Assembly (NCBI GenBank): GCA_036172245.1
Contig: JAYWIR010000022.1
Location: 496,001 to 560,000, forward strand
Reading direction: 5' to 3'
Origin: Raillietiella orientalis
Taxonomy: Eukaryota
DNA: 64,000 nt
The notes below the pieces were generated by a model, which did not search any database, was not told the DNA's origin, and was given only the letters and a program-made list of their open reading frames with translations. Shown in pieces: positions 51,005 through 64,000 of this stretch (position 1 is its first letter; every line of letters starts with the position of its first letter). The translations under genes and the position numbers were made by a program.

Positions 51005-54000
51005 TCATGAACTTTGTTCATAATGGAATGAATGAGATTGCAGTATGAATGATCAGAAAATAAATTTACCCCACCCCCTGTGGGATTGGGGAAAGTGAAG
51101 TACCTGATCCATAGAACCTTCCTAGATGGAAGAACATTTTTTATGCATTCGAGTACATTTATCTAGTAAAAAATTCCAGGGTTTGCTTTCGCCTACGTGT
51201 GCAGGGATAAGGCTAAAGCAACTTTCAGGATCGAAGGTTGGGAAGAATGTAAAGACACAACAAGGTAAGCATGCAAATGCATTTTTTTTTTGGGGGGGGG
51301 GGAGGGAGGGAAGGGGGGGGGGTTCCGGCTCTTACGCACAACAGATTCACTTTGTGATCCGGCGCGGGTAACCAAGGCAACGCATCGATCTAATTTTCTG
51401 GAGGATTTACATCGCCCTTTCCAGTTTGCAAGTGGTACCTGGCAGTATTTTTCACTTCTGTGTTCACACGGTTGCAGTGCAGTAAACATCGATTTTAAGT
51501 AATTGCCATTACCTGTAAGTGGGAAGTGGAATTCAGCAACCACGTTCAAAGCTTCCTTTTCTTTCCTCCAGAATAACGGGTTTCGGGAATGGAGCACGAA
51601 ACGCAAGCTAAGTACACATTCCAGTTTATGCCGACGAAAAAAATAAAAGCCTTGGAATCTAAGGAGATGCTGGAATATCTGATGAAATGGTAATTTTTAA
51701 AAGTTTTCCGAGAGTCGTTTTTTTTTTTTTTTTTTTTTTCTTTCGAAAGTGGCGACTCGCTTCCGTTTTTATTTCTTTTCTTCGAACTGAAAGCCTGAAT
51801 GCTCGTTTTCTTCCTCTTTGATGGGTGGCGGGTTGGAATTTGGAATTTGGAAATTTTTATTTTTTTTTTTACAAAAAAAAAATGAAAATGAAAATGAAAA
51901 CGAGCGCTTTTGAAAAATTTCTATTAACTTTCTATTGCTGAATCGATTCATCGCTATTTTATTCTGAAGCTGCAACTCACTTGAGCTCTTTGGTATGGAT
52001 CGGCATCCTCCCATACTCATTTCGAATTCCACTGCTATGCTTTCGGTCTGTAAAAGATAGCCTGGCAGCTTTTGCTGGGGAGAGCGAAAAAAACGGAAAA
52101 AAAACGAAAAAAAAAGACAAAATTTGTCAAAATGTCACAATTTTGTCAGAATGGCTTCCCGTGATATTCTTGAAACCGTGTTAAGCTCGTTAGGCGCTTC
52201 TGATTTTAATTGCTGTAATTTGTCGATCAGGAAATATCGGTGCTTCCTGTTGCATGGCTTCCTCATGCCGTCACAGGCAGCCTTTCAGGACTGATTTACA
52301 GGAACCCCAGCAAGCAGGCTTCCAAGTTTTGGAAAGCCTTCCACACAGCCAAGGCCAGCGCCGTGTCTTGGACCAGCAAGTAGGCTGCACAGTTTTCTTC
52401 CCGTGTCTTTGAAAACGATCAAAGGAACTTTGGAATTTTCAAACCCTTTCGGTGCACTTCACTTCCGGTAGGAGGACAATCGGCACTTTCAGGAGACAAC
52501 GCGAGAAAGCGAAAAGGTCCATTGAATTGGAAGCAGGTCAAGGATTCTCGAGTGTTTTTCCACTTACCCTAGAACGTTCCGTGGAATGAATGGTCCATCC
52601 TATGTTTTGACTTGCTGTTGATGAGTTCCTTCAGTTTCCTTGTTGAGGAGATGTTCTTGAAGAGTGTTTTTGAGTTAGAGCAGATACAAGCAAGAGATTA
52701 TCAAAAACCTGGAGTAGAAATTTTCGTCTTAAAGGAACTCGGTACGCTTCGCCGGAAAAAGGACTGTTTTTGAGGACTCGATTGCAAAGTGCAGCCACAC
52801 ACACCTTATTACCCTGGTCAACCAAAGACCTTCCCCTGCTTTAGAACACATGCCTCGGATGTGGCAATGTAGAATAATTGATTGGTGTAGACATTCCTGT
52901 TTTTGAACCCGAACATTCTGGAGTTTCCTTATGAGAAATTTCATTACGCATTTTGTAGTCAGGAAAGGTCTAAAACATATGAATATATGTTTCTGTATAT
53001 ATTCATATATGAATATATTCTTCTGAATTAACTGAAGTGTAAAATTTCCCGTTATGATGGAAGAGTGCTTTTTTTTCTCTCTCTCCCTCGTTTTCTTACA
53101 CCAAAGTAGCAGTAGTGCTTCTGAAACAACTATGTTGGGAGCACAGCATCTGAGGAAATGCATCCAAATGAATCTTAAGTGGATTCTTTTTATCGAGAGA
53201 GAGATTGCGAGCCAAAGGAAACTGAGAAGTTGTAAGCAATAGAAGTAGAAGCATGGAGCGTAATTAGAAAGATTCTGAATCTGAAGGGTTTAGAAAGAAG
53301 GTGACCGAAGGAGAACGCGAACCGTAGGAAGCGGGGCGGCCATCGGGGCATAATCATGATTCCGGAAATAAAGAGAAAGAAAAATTGAATTTAGAGAGTG
53401 GCTGAAACCAAAACGAGTATAGAAAGATGGGAGAGGAGATGAAATTAAGGAAGAAGAAGGCGTGCTTCAGTCAATTGAATATGCAACTATTGATCAAAGA
53501 ATGTTCGGATTCGGGTTGACCAATGTATAAAGGTCAAACGATTGTATCCATATCGTATGTATATTTCCTGGTAGTTATCAACGAAATCCTTTAGAAATTT
53601 CGCCGCCCAAACGGAATCGCAAAATAGCAAAGTATGATTAAAGAGTTGCTTTCAGGATACGGAATCAGAGTTGTAGTACTTCATTTGTACTTATTGTACA
53701 CACTTTTAGTACACAGGTGCTTATTGTTTGTTCAAGTGCTTTGTGTTCGTTATTCATGAAGAGTTTGCACGAACCTCATTTCATTCCCCCCCCCAAAAAA
53801 GTGATTTTTGTTTCAGATGATATTCATTTTGAAAGGAGCTGCATTGTGTTTTAGACGACTGATAGCGTCCCAGCAAGCCTGGATTATCCATTGCAAAAAT
53901 AGATGCAAACGAAGGAATGATACAGAAAAGAGGAGGAACGAATCCAAGGAGTGCATGCATGGGGAGTGGAACTACAGGATGAACACAAGACAGATTTTTT

Positions 54001-56893
54001 TTTCTCAAAGAGATTAGAGGAATCCACTGGAGTTTCATGGCGTGCGTTTTGGCCACGGTTTGCTACGTTCTCGTGCAGAGAAAGAGCTCTCTGCACGAGA
54101 AGGTAGCAAATGGGTAGCAAACGGCACGATGGATGATTTTGGACCAGCTGGCTGAAACGAAAAGCTCCAGACTGCAGACCCCAGTTGCTGCGATGAGTTC
54201 ACTGAGTTTCTGCTCATCTGAATCCACGGAGTGGTGCAGAGGCCACTGCCGCGCTCTGATTGAAATCAAACACGCCGTGTCCTTTTCCGCGGCTTTTATA
54301 TAGAGGATGGTCTCATCTTGGATGGCAAATCGGCGAGACAACCATGAACTCGTGTACTCATTCGTAGGGTGAAAACGGATTGTACAGAGCACAGCATTTA
54401 CGAGGATGTCCTAAACCCCGGGGTATAGTATTTCCATGTAGGTGGGCCCGGGATACAATCAAAGACGAATCTCGTTTCCTCGGCTACTGTTTCAGTAGTA
54501 GCAGTAGGCATTCGTGGTAATAATCATAGACCTGATGGTTTGTGCTGAGGAAGCGTTGGTTTTGGCGTACTGTGGCCACACTTACTTTTGAGACAACCCT
54601 TTCGTTCCACATTCGCCGCTGACGCGGTATCGAAAACTGTTCAGCGCACGCTCAGAAAACGCAAAAGAAGGAAAAAAAAAAAAAAAAGGAAAAACAGCTA
54701 GAAAATGACAGTACGCTACTAATCGAGGAAACTGCAAGTTTTCCACTTGGATGGAATCGCGTGGTGATTTCGTAAAATTTCTTCTCCTCCTCCAATTGAA
54801 CACATGCGAACGTTCGAAAAATACGAAGGCGGTGCCGCAAAATGGATCATGATGTTCGTCTTGGTACACTCGCTTCTGTACGTATACACGCGCGCGATCC
54901 TGTACGTGCATATGCATCTACTGCGCACACGTGTACGCTTTCGTACAAACAACTCGTGCAGCCGAAGGATGCATGTGTATTGTGTTTACGTGTGCTGGCA
55001 TAAATAGGAAATGAGCATAATAACATGCGAACTGCTTGCTTTCAATGCGTTCCTACCGGATCCATTTTTTCTTTTTTCACCACTCTGTCAAAATGGGCTG
55101 CTCAACGTAGGGCCCGGTAGACGCAGGGCGTCGTTTCCTTTAAAGGTTTTCAAAAAGTCTCTTTAATCGCAAGTGAGTCACATCTATTTTGAAAAATGCT
55201 TCTTGTTATCTATTTTTGTAATTTTATTAGAAAATTCGAGCTTAGAAAACACGATCGGTCCGCACCGAGTCCTCTGCGAGCTCTGCTTTTGACGAGAAAT
55301 TGAAAACTTCTCGGAGCTCAATGGCAGACTTGATGTGAAGTGAATCTCAGCCTGAATCGACCATTATTAATCTAAACTAATCTAAGCTTATCGCAGAATT
55401 TAATATTATCACTCGTATTTTACCTTTCATTTCGTAACAACGGCGGAGCTGATTCTGGGTCTGGATTGGGATGAGCAGATGTGGGGTCGAAAGATGCAGC
55501 AGTACATCGGATTACATGCTGATGCTCATACAGCTTTTAATATTATTCTAAACATCCATGAGAGTTTTTTTTTTTTTTTATTTTCTTATCAAGAGTCAGA
55601 ATGAGGCCATCGGCCGACGCTCATGAGTGGTCTCCCTCATCCCTTCGTACGTTGACTCTTCCCCATATAATATATGAAGTGTTTTTTTTTTTTTTAAAAA
55701 AAAAAAAAATGCATGTGATGTAGATACTTTCCGTAAGTACACTGCACATGGAATTTCAGCCTCTGTCTTTTGAACTAAAAACATTGGAAAGTATCGTGAA
55801 AAGGCATGCATTCCGATGATCTCAGAAAGAGTGGCTGCCCATGCTCTGACTGCACGCCTAAATTGCTTCATCATTTGATAAATAGTTTCGTATTTATACA
55901 CCAACAGTTCAGTTAACGAAAATTATTACCGAATCAGAGATAAGCCCAGCTCAAGGGATGCGCGTTGCGTGAATGCAGTATTTTCATAATGGGGGGAAAG
56001 AGTTTCTTTGGAAGCGTTTATTGTGCAATGAGGAGAAGTAGAAGGGACGAGGAAGACTTCGGAGTCCCCGTGTGGAGTCCACCCGGAGAACACAGACGCA
56101 GTGGAACTTCCTTGGCTTTGGATGCATGGATGCCGCTGATTCTCTTGAGGATGCTGCGAGAATCAATTCAGAAGTCCCCCCCCCCCCTTTTTTTTTTAAA
56201 GAAAAAAATCAGCATTCAAACAGAGAAAGGACCGCTAGAAGATATCACTCTGGATGAAAAGGAGGCGGAAAAATTAAGCAGTTTCTTTATATATGAAGGG
56301 ATAATGGATCGAGAAATCTGAGAAGAAGATGAACATTTTTTCGTACTTGCTTCAATGTGGATGAATTAGGTGTACCCAGGAATAACAGAGTCCCTTAATT
56401 ACTATCATCCACAACCTCGAGAAGAACTGATCCTATTTGAGTTGGAAACACGTGGATAATTGATGGAAAATGATTGGAAATGCATGAAATAAAGGTCCCG
56501 TTTGAGGTCCCTCTTGGCCATTTTAACCGAGACCCGGGTTTCTCGTTCGTAAATTGCCTTCTGATTCAGAAACTTGTGATTCCCGTGTCGCGAGATTTGC
56601 TGGCAACACGAAATAGGAAGCGAAAGTTACAGCCAGGAATCAGATGGGCTTCCGGATTCTGGATTTGATTTTCATCTGCGAGGCTATGAGGAATCCGATC
56701 GTGCACTTCAAAAGGGACAAAGTTTGCCAAAGTTTGTCCAGCCTTGATTTAACGACGCTTCTGGTAAAACACCACAGTTTCGAATAACTGCGGAGCAGAG
56801 TTAAATAAATACACATGTAGTGCGTTTCGACAAGACATCGAATTTTGTACACGACGTTTGCTAATGGCGCCCACTTTCGGATTTTTCCTTCTT

Positions 56894-56913
56894 CCCCCCC
56901 CCCCCCCCCCCCC
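56894..56913. repeat. Poly(C)/poly(G) 20-mer
   Basis: Uninterrupted run of 20 C on the + strand. Confidence 0.95.
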
Positions 56914-57935
56914 ACTGGAAAGAAAAAAAAAAAACAAAAAAATGCAGAAATAGTTTTCGCGGTGCACGATAAAACCGAAAGGATCCTTGTCTGCGACGGT
57001 CGGAGGCAGTGTTTGAACACGCGGTCCAATTCATAGAACGAAAACCCTCTCAGCTGGGTCAATCCAAGAAACACACCGTGGGGCACGTGAACCGTCCAAA
57101 CAACAGCGAAGTGGTCTTCAGCGAGAGGAGTGAAGGATACGCACATCAATCCGCTTTCCATTTCAGTTCATTTTCCTTATGTTATTGTTTGATAATTGGC
57201 TTCCTTTATTGATTCATTATTTGGAGATTTATACCAAACAACATGGCACAAGAAAAGAGCAAAACAAGGTACTAAAGGAAAGAGGAGCGCTTCAGGAGCG
57301 AGACAAAACGGCAACCATGCTGCGTCGTTTCCATTGTACAGTGCATGTACAGAAGTAGGAAGCACCATAAAGTCACCAGTTTGAGTTCTACCTCACCTAC
57401 ATTTCCTTATTATAGGTGGATTTTATGTAGACATAGCGGTAATCAAGATGACTGTAGGAACATAACTCGAAATTATAGCTAATGTATCTCTTTAAGGACA
57501 GCCACAAAACTGTTACAAAAGAAAAAGAAAAAGAAAGTCATAAATACAGAAACTCCTTCAATAAAGCTAAGATTGAGATTGATAAAGCAAATAAGGAAGG
57601 GGGGGGGAAAATGTACAAGTCAAAAATGCAGAAAGCTAATTGATTCGATTTCTTACCTTGTCAGATGGAATAAGTTATGAGAATCTACACATCTATTCAT
57701 GATTTGCTTCCTCTTTTTTTTTTTTTTTTTTCATGGCATCTGCATTCTAAGATCAAGGCAAACAGCGCAGAAGAGTATTGAAAGACGTGAAACGTGCGCA
57801 GATGACTTCAAGCCCATGCAAATCTAAGGATCCGGAATAACTCCAATCAAAAATTTACCTTAATGATCGAAGACTTGGTTTCCTTTTATTTTCGGTGTGG
57901 TACTTATGCCCAGAAGTTGCAATGAAAGAAAAAGA

Positions 57936-59051
57936 AATAAAGTCCGCATCTTATTTGAACGTTTCACGAAGCTTTGTGTATAGGATCTTTCTTTCTTTTT
58001 TTTTTCATTTGAATCGAAGCTGGTTGAAGCTATTAGCAATTTAGAATTTGGCTGCCATAAAAATATCCATAGCGGATAGCAGTCAATTTATTAGCATTTC
58101 GATGAGTTTTTATTCCATAGCGGGGAGTGTCTCGATTTCGTTTTGGGAACGCAATATGGATGTGAATTTCCGATGGCTCAAGAAAACGAATGTTGAGAAA
58201 TTCTAAGCTGCAATCCTCGGATGCTGGCTGAATCCAGATGTTTTGAATTTCATCATCCCTAGAAGCAGCGCCGCTGCACCTTCGGCTGTTTGGGTCTTGG
58301 AATTTCTGGGCACAAAACCCACTATAGGACGGGTGGAACATGCGAGAACCACCTGGACGTAGAAGTGTGTAAACTACGGGTTCGGGATAAAAAATAATGA
58401 GGTTGTCCAGAGGTTTGTCTTCGCTTAGACAAAAAGAGCTGTACAATGCGATGGAAGCATTTCGAAAAGGTGGAATACATCAAGTTCCCAAAGGAGGCTC
58501 ATTACAGAAGCAAGCACGAAAGTTGATCATATCTAGAGATTCTGCAGTTGACAAGGAACTGACGAGCAGAAACTGCTGTCTTGAGTATCGCGTTTCATAA
58601 TTCCACCCAACGTTAACTACTTGCTATAAATAAATTTTGTGTTCATAAATTCTGCCAACTTTCAAAAAATGGTAAGAAGCTATTAACCAGAAGATTCCAA
58701 GGGTCCTGTAGAATCTCAAGCCCTTCTATTCGAACGTTGGAAGACTTATTTTGTTTATCGCTAAAAACTGAAGGAGCGAGGGGGGGGGGGAAGAAAGAAA
58801 CTGATGTTCTCATAATTGGGGCCTTGGCAACTAATTACTGTTTTCCTGCCAATTGAACTTCTAAATCTAAATATAATCCATAGAGCTTTTTTGCGTTCAC
58901 AAGAACTTAAATTCCCATTGGCAGCCAAATTCTAAATTGCTAATAGCTTCAATCAGCTTCAATTCAAATGAAAAGGAAAAAGAAAGAAAGATCCCGTACA
59001 CAAAGCTTCGTGAAACATTCAAATAAGATATATGGTGATGCGGACTTTATT
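57936..59051. mobile_element. MITE/foldback-like element with about 120-bp inverted arms
   Basis: 57936-58057 (AATAAAGTCCGCATC...GAAGCTATTAGCAATTTAGAATTTGGCTGCCA) is the reverse complement of 58919-59051 (TGGCAGCCAAATTCTAAATTGCTAATAGCTTC...GATGCGGACTTTATT), with few mismatches and a short insertion. The spacer is about 860 bp with no recognisable coding content. Confidence 0.8.
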
Positions 59052-62000
59052 CCTTCCTTTGAGTTCGATGTCAAGGATGCTTGTTAGGAGGATATGTAAA
59101 TGAGGTCAAAAAAGAAATAACTGGCGACAGGGGGTTCGTCTCTTCTTTTTTCTGCTCCCCACGTTACGCGGATAAGAGCATAGTTCCATCAGGAACAAGA
59201 GCGAGATGCTGCTTGTTGAGGAGGGACTTGTTCCCGTTCAAATTAGAGGGGGGACAGTCCTGATTCCGTCTGGAAAGCGAAAGAATGTCACTTTGCATTG
59301 CTCACTGGAGATCGAATTCAACTCCCAGATTGCTTGCTTAATGGACTGCCCGAACACGGTGATGCATATCCGCTGGAGAGCGAACAGTTATTTGCATTGC
59401 TCAGTGGTTCTTCTACCTTCCAAAATGGCGTGGTTTTTGCCGCCTTCATCCGTGTTGCTTTTCTACCGAAACTTTTCTTTGATAACGGGACGAAAGATTC
59501 AGAAAGAGAAATTCATGGCGGCTGCACACTCTTCGTTGGTGTCAGCTGAGGAAGTATGAATAGGAATTTCTAGTCGAGGGTTTCCAGCATGGATCTGCTA
59601 TGCGTGCATTCATTTGGTTCCTTAATTCAACCGAGTTTACTCCTCGGCAATGACCAGCAAGTGTACAAAATCTACAGAATGGCTCATTATAAAAACACGC
59701 CAAGACTTGCCATTTTGATAAACAGTGTGCATGTAATTTTGTTATAGTGTACTGATGATTTTGTTAATGATTGTTCCAAATCAGGTCCATGAAGGGTCAC
59801 ATCAAATGTGAATGTTTCTGCTTCGACCAAGCTTTCCACATTTATCAGAAAGAAAGTTTCGTTCGTGTAAGTTTTTCAAGAATTTTCCACCTTATTGAAA
59901 TGCCGCAATATGTTCTTAGCATACAGACTACTGGTATTTTGTGTGTGTCTGTTCTACAATCCTATGCAGCATGTGATCAGGGCCTTTTCTCGTTAGCAAA
60001 TGAGAAAAAGAAGATTTTGTGGGGAAGTGAACTTTATCAAGTTTTCCCTTCACAGTTTCAGTATCTTTGAATGTGCTGACATTTTTTTTTTTTTTTTTTT
60101 TCAAGCAGTGCCTCTCAAGGAATGTATATTTGTATGTACGTGTTCTCGACTCTGATTGTACGTCAAGATTTATCACTTTTATTTGAATCATCCATTTGCT
60201 TGCTAATGAAAGTGTTTTTTTTTTTCTTTTTTTTTTCACTTTTCCGTGTTTACCCACTGCTTTGCTTATTTTACTGGTTTCGTTTGCTGCTTTTATTTTT
60301 GGCGTCTTCTGGAATCTTCAGCATAAAATAGAGAAAATAAAATAGATTGGTCTAGAATGTGAGGTTTTTAAAAGTTCTCCAACCTTTTTTCTTCTTCTTC
60401 TTCTCCAAGTGCTCCTAATCGAAAAAGATAGACTCAAGTTTCTCAAGCGGAAAAAATACTTTGCAACCGTGTTCCAATGATATTTGCTGCTGGTTCCCCA
60501 TTAAAAGCCTTTGCTGCCACGCGTTGGCTGCTTTATTAAAAAAAAAAAAAAAAAAAAAGCAACTCTTTCTTACACTGCATCTTAATTGCAGTATAATTAC
60601 GTCTCGATTGTGTAATTATAGCGGTCCAAAGCAAAATGCCAAGCCTGAGTTATTACGGAGGTAACTTCATTTTTTTTCTGTGTCCTAAGCGGTAATGCTG
60701 CCCCGAAAATGGCGGCGTGCTGCTTGCTGTACGTACAGCGAAGAGCGCGACTTCAGCATGACTTCCTTGCAACTTTGCTCCCTTAAGGAAAAAGAGCGGA
60801 CCTGAGGAATTCTGTTTGTTGCCTTGATTTCCTTGATTCGTTTCATTTCGTTTTCCTAATAACTCACTTTCTAATTTCCCCCTGACATCGATTTCCACAA
60901 AAATCAAATGAGTAAGTAATAACTGAAAATGACTTTTTTTTTTTTATTTTAACGGTTCTTAAGATGCGAGATGTCGGATTCTTGGAACAGAAACCAACAC
61001 TATTCAAGTGCTTTGGAAACGCCCGCGCATTCATCTTCAATTTCCTGCACAAAAATAACCGCTGGAGATTCATTACTCTTGCAAATCATTTCGAATAGGT
61101 CGAAAAGCGAAGTGGTGGACTTGGCCACCGAGCACAACGTTGACGTCCTTTAGCACGCTTGTAATATAAAATTCACCAGCCTGGTTACTGCTAAACATTT
61201 CGAAGAACGGGTAATCGGAATATTCAGGCAGCAATGATTCATACAAATGTTCCTAAAACACACAGTCATGTCGAACGCCCATGATAAACTTGATTGATGA
61301 TTCTGTTGTTTGATACGGAAGCATGTAGATATGCTGTTAATCGTCCGAATGGTACACCTGGATTCATTTTTCAATTCCCATATTGTTTGTTTAGTGGGCA
61401 AAGTAAAAAAAAAAATCCCCCCTCCCCTCAAATGACGATGATGGTTGATTAAAAACACGTTCGAGTAGGGAGGAGAACCTCTGGTTCAATCAATATGCGA
61501 CTACACATCCACTTTAAAATGTAAATGTTGCCTTTTGTCTGTTGAAGGATTTCTTCCACGATGACAACGTGTGCACTTCTTTGAGCTGGGTATCAAATGA
61601 CGGGGACTGGCTTCCAATCAGTAAGTGATTTCCCATGTCCTTCTGGTTTCGTCAGGGGTCCGCTCGAAGAAGATTTCAACCGCTCCTCGATGGATGCCTT
61701 CTTGGGTTCCCTCCTCACTTTACAGCATCATCGCTCACCTATCAGTTCGGTCTCGCAGTTTCCAGAACCTTCCTCATCCCGTTCGTGTTAGATTCCTTCG
61801 ATATGTTATGTTTCATTCCGCGATGAGAGAATCGGACGTGATTTCGATCCTAAAGTACCATCCAATTTCGTTCGTCACAGCCAAATAAGGTAAAGAGGAG
61901 AACTTGAAAAAATGGCACGAAAGTTGGACCCGTTCTTGCATTTTCGGAGAAAGTTGCTGTTGTTGTTGTTTTAAAAAAATGCTTGTTGTAAATGATTGAC

Positions 62001-62479
62001 GGGGAGACAGACTTTTGGAAGAAAGCACACTCTTGAAGTATTAAAAACGTTGGTAATCCTGACAAATTTGAATTCAAGGACAAAAACCAGACAGATTGGA
62101 AGTAGAAGAAGTTCCCTGCTCCATAACGACGATGGCCTTCTTCGACCGATTATTCGGATCAGCAATGGTCACAAATGATGGAACTCTGGTACAATGCGTC
62201 GATGAATCCATTGACTCCTTTTTGGTATGCGATGAATTGCACAAGGTAAAATGATGTGAAAATCCTGATTAAACCAAATTACGGAAATTTCCATAAGGAT
62301 TTCGAATGCTCTTTGCACCAGAGCAGCGGCGGGGCATCTCAATTTAATGTGAGAACGGGAAATTACATTTTTGCGCTTCCGATTCAAATTCAAAGCTTTA
62401 TTCCATGTTTTTCTCGTTCCATCATTTTATATCAGCCATAAAGCCATGAGAAAACGTTCTTATTGACTCACAAAACAGA

Positions 62480-63520
62480 TTTCGGAACTGTTAATTATTC
62501 CCTTCAAAGCACTCCCTTTCGACTCCCATTCAAAGGCCCTGGCTTTTCACCCAGCTGTTGTAGCACTTCTCAAAGTTGTTTTCCATTAGATTATTTAAAA
62601 CTCCGCCAGACCTCTTTGAACGTTCCCTATTGTTCCAGAATGAGTTCCTTTCAGGTGACTTCAGTATTGATAACAAAAAGTCACATCGCGATAAATCAGG
62701 GGAGAACAGAGGTTGTTCGGTCACTGAAAGTCGTTTTTTCTTTCCTTTTCCTGGCCAGATAATTCCGTGGCGAGAGTGCAATGTCGAGCCCAAGCGTTGT
62801 CATGTAGCAAAATCCATTCGTCGAGGAGCAGCTCCGTTCTCACAGCCCCAACCCAGCACTTTCTGAACCTGAAACCGGTGGAAACGGTGGGTTCGCAATG
62901 CTCCGGAAGAACGGATGCGGCATTCTCTGGAGCCGAACGAAGAAACCCAAAGTGGTTTCATCTTTGACTTTGGCACTTCCGTGCCTTTCTAAATGGCGGA
63001 GATCGCAGCGGTTTCTCTACCGAAGACTCCGTTCGATTCGAAGTCGTATTTGAGCACGCTCGGTTCACTCTATGATAATGGAGACTTGCGAAACCCCAGT
63101 CATCAACTTTCCTGTTGCCCCGGTGATCTTCATCTCACAAAATCTGCCCGAATCTTTCCCATCTTTTCTGAAGTCTGTTCATCGGTAGGTCAGATTCCGT
63201 ACAGTCTGTGCTCAAATTTCCCACACCCCTATGTTTCCAGCCAAAATTAGTCACACCCTCCCCGTTTCTGCCATGCTCTAAAGCATGAAACGATGATTAT
63301 TTCTGATGGTGTCATTGCCATAAACCCTCGATCCAACGATCTCCCACCCCTCTCACTTTTGTGTTTTCCACTTTTCTTTTGTCGTTTTGAGGCTGTTTGA
63401 TGGACCATAAACAGCAACTGCTGACTAGGACGGTTGTCATCTCCATGAATCTGTTGCAACATTTGGGGAATTTCCAGGGTTGCCTTATGCAGTTCAACCA
63501 ACAACTCAGTGTTGGTTCAT
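62480..63520 (-). mobile_element. Degenerate mariner (Tc1/mariner, DD34D-type) transposase
   Basis: N-terminal LVELHKATLEIPQMLQQIHGDD (cf. KLGK.a.Et..Ml...yGd), middle LKYDFES and TTLGFF, and C-terminal TEQPLFSPDLSRCDFLLSILKS...NNFEKCYNSW (cf. hPPYSPDLaPcDF.lF..LK...f..W). Collinear but frameshifted. Confidence 0.8.
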
Positions 63521-64000
63521 TATTCCACAAATCAATCACTCGTTTCAAGACGAAATTGAAAAGCAAAAAAAAAAAAAAAGCAAACAAACAAGCAAAAAGC
63601 CAATAAATCTGAACGGCAGCTACCCCGTTTTGGTAGAGACGTCGGCCAGAGACTTCAGCATCTCATCCCTGTGCCAATACTCTCAAATGTGGCGTGCTAT
63701 CCTCTTCCATCGGTTTCATTTTTTGTTTGTTTTTTCTTTTCCTTGCGTTTCCATCAGTTTCATCGAAGATCACTTGGCGTAACCCACATAACCGAATTTT
63801 TCTCTCCATTTCATTCTCGCGTCATGCATGCAGCGCAAAATACTTCGAAAAACGAACTATCCATAAACTGCCATCATCGTTTCGAATATTCACATTGTAT
63901 AGGACGACCACATGTGAACCCTCGAGTCACGTTTTTTGCTGTGTTTCGAACGGAATCGTGACATCCGAATCGTTGCCACTGCTGCCTCGATTGACCATTT

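Overview
Eukaryotic (animal) genomic DNA with GT-AG introns, many only 43-50 nt. The very short introns, a still-fused EPRS and a vertebrate-like BRCA1 suggest a compact invertebrate genome, possibly a basal (clade I) nematode; this is inference only. I reconstructed four intron-containing genes by hand: (1) fused glutamyl-prolyl-tRNA synthetase EPRS on the minus strand, ATG at 4814, running off the left edge; (2) a divergently transcribed BRCA1 orthologue with RING plus tandem BRCT (8049-11821, +); (3) a CEP170-family-like gene (23730-34172, +); (4) DNAJC19/Pam18/Tim14 (41589-42686, -), with a nearby inverted pseudo-exon copy. The rest is intergenic or intronic DNA with decayed transposons (Ty3/Gypsy, LINE, piggyBac, mariner, a MITE-like inverted repeat) and many homopolymer tracts. 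Main points of interest: the EPRS linker appears to lack WHEP domains and carries a 13-aa Lys/Glu tandem repeat instead; CpG-poor gene bodies alternate sharply with CpG-rich promoters, suggesting gene-body methylation; and DNAJC19 has a chimeric inverted duplication. No tRNA, rRNA or CRISPR feature could be supported. All homology calls are by eye, without database searches.
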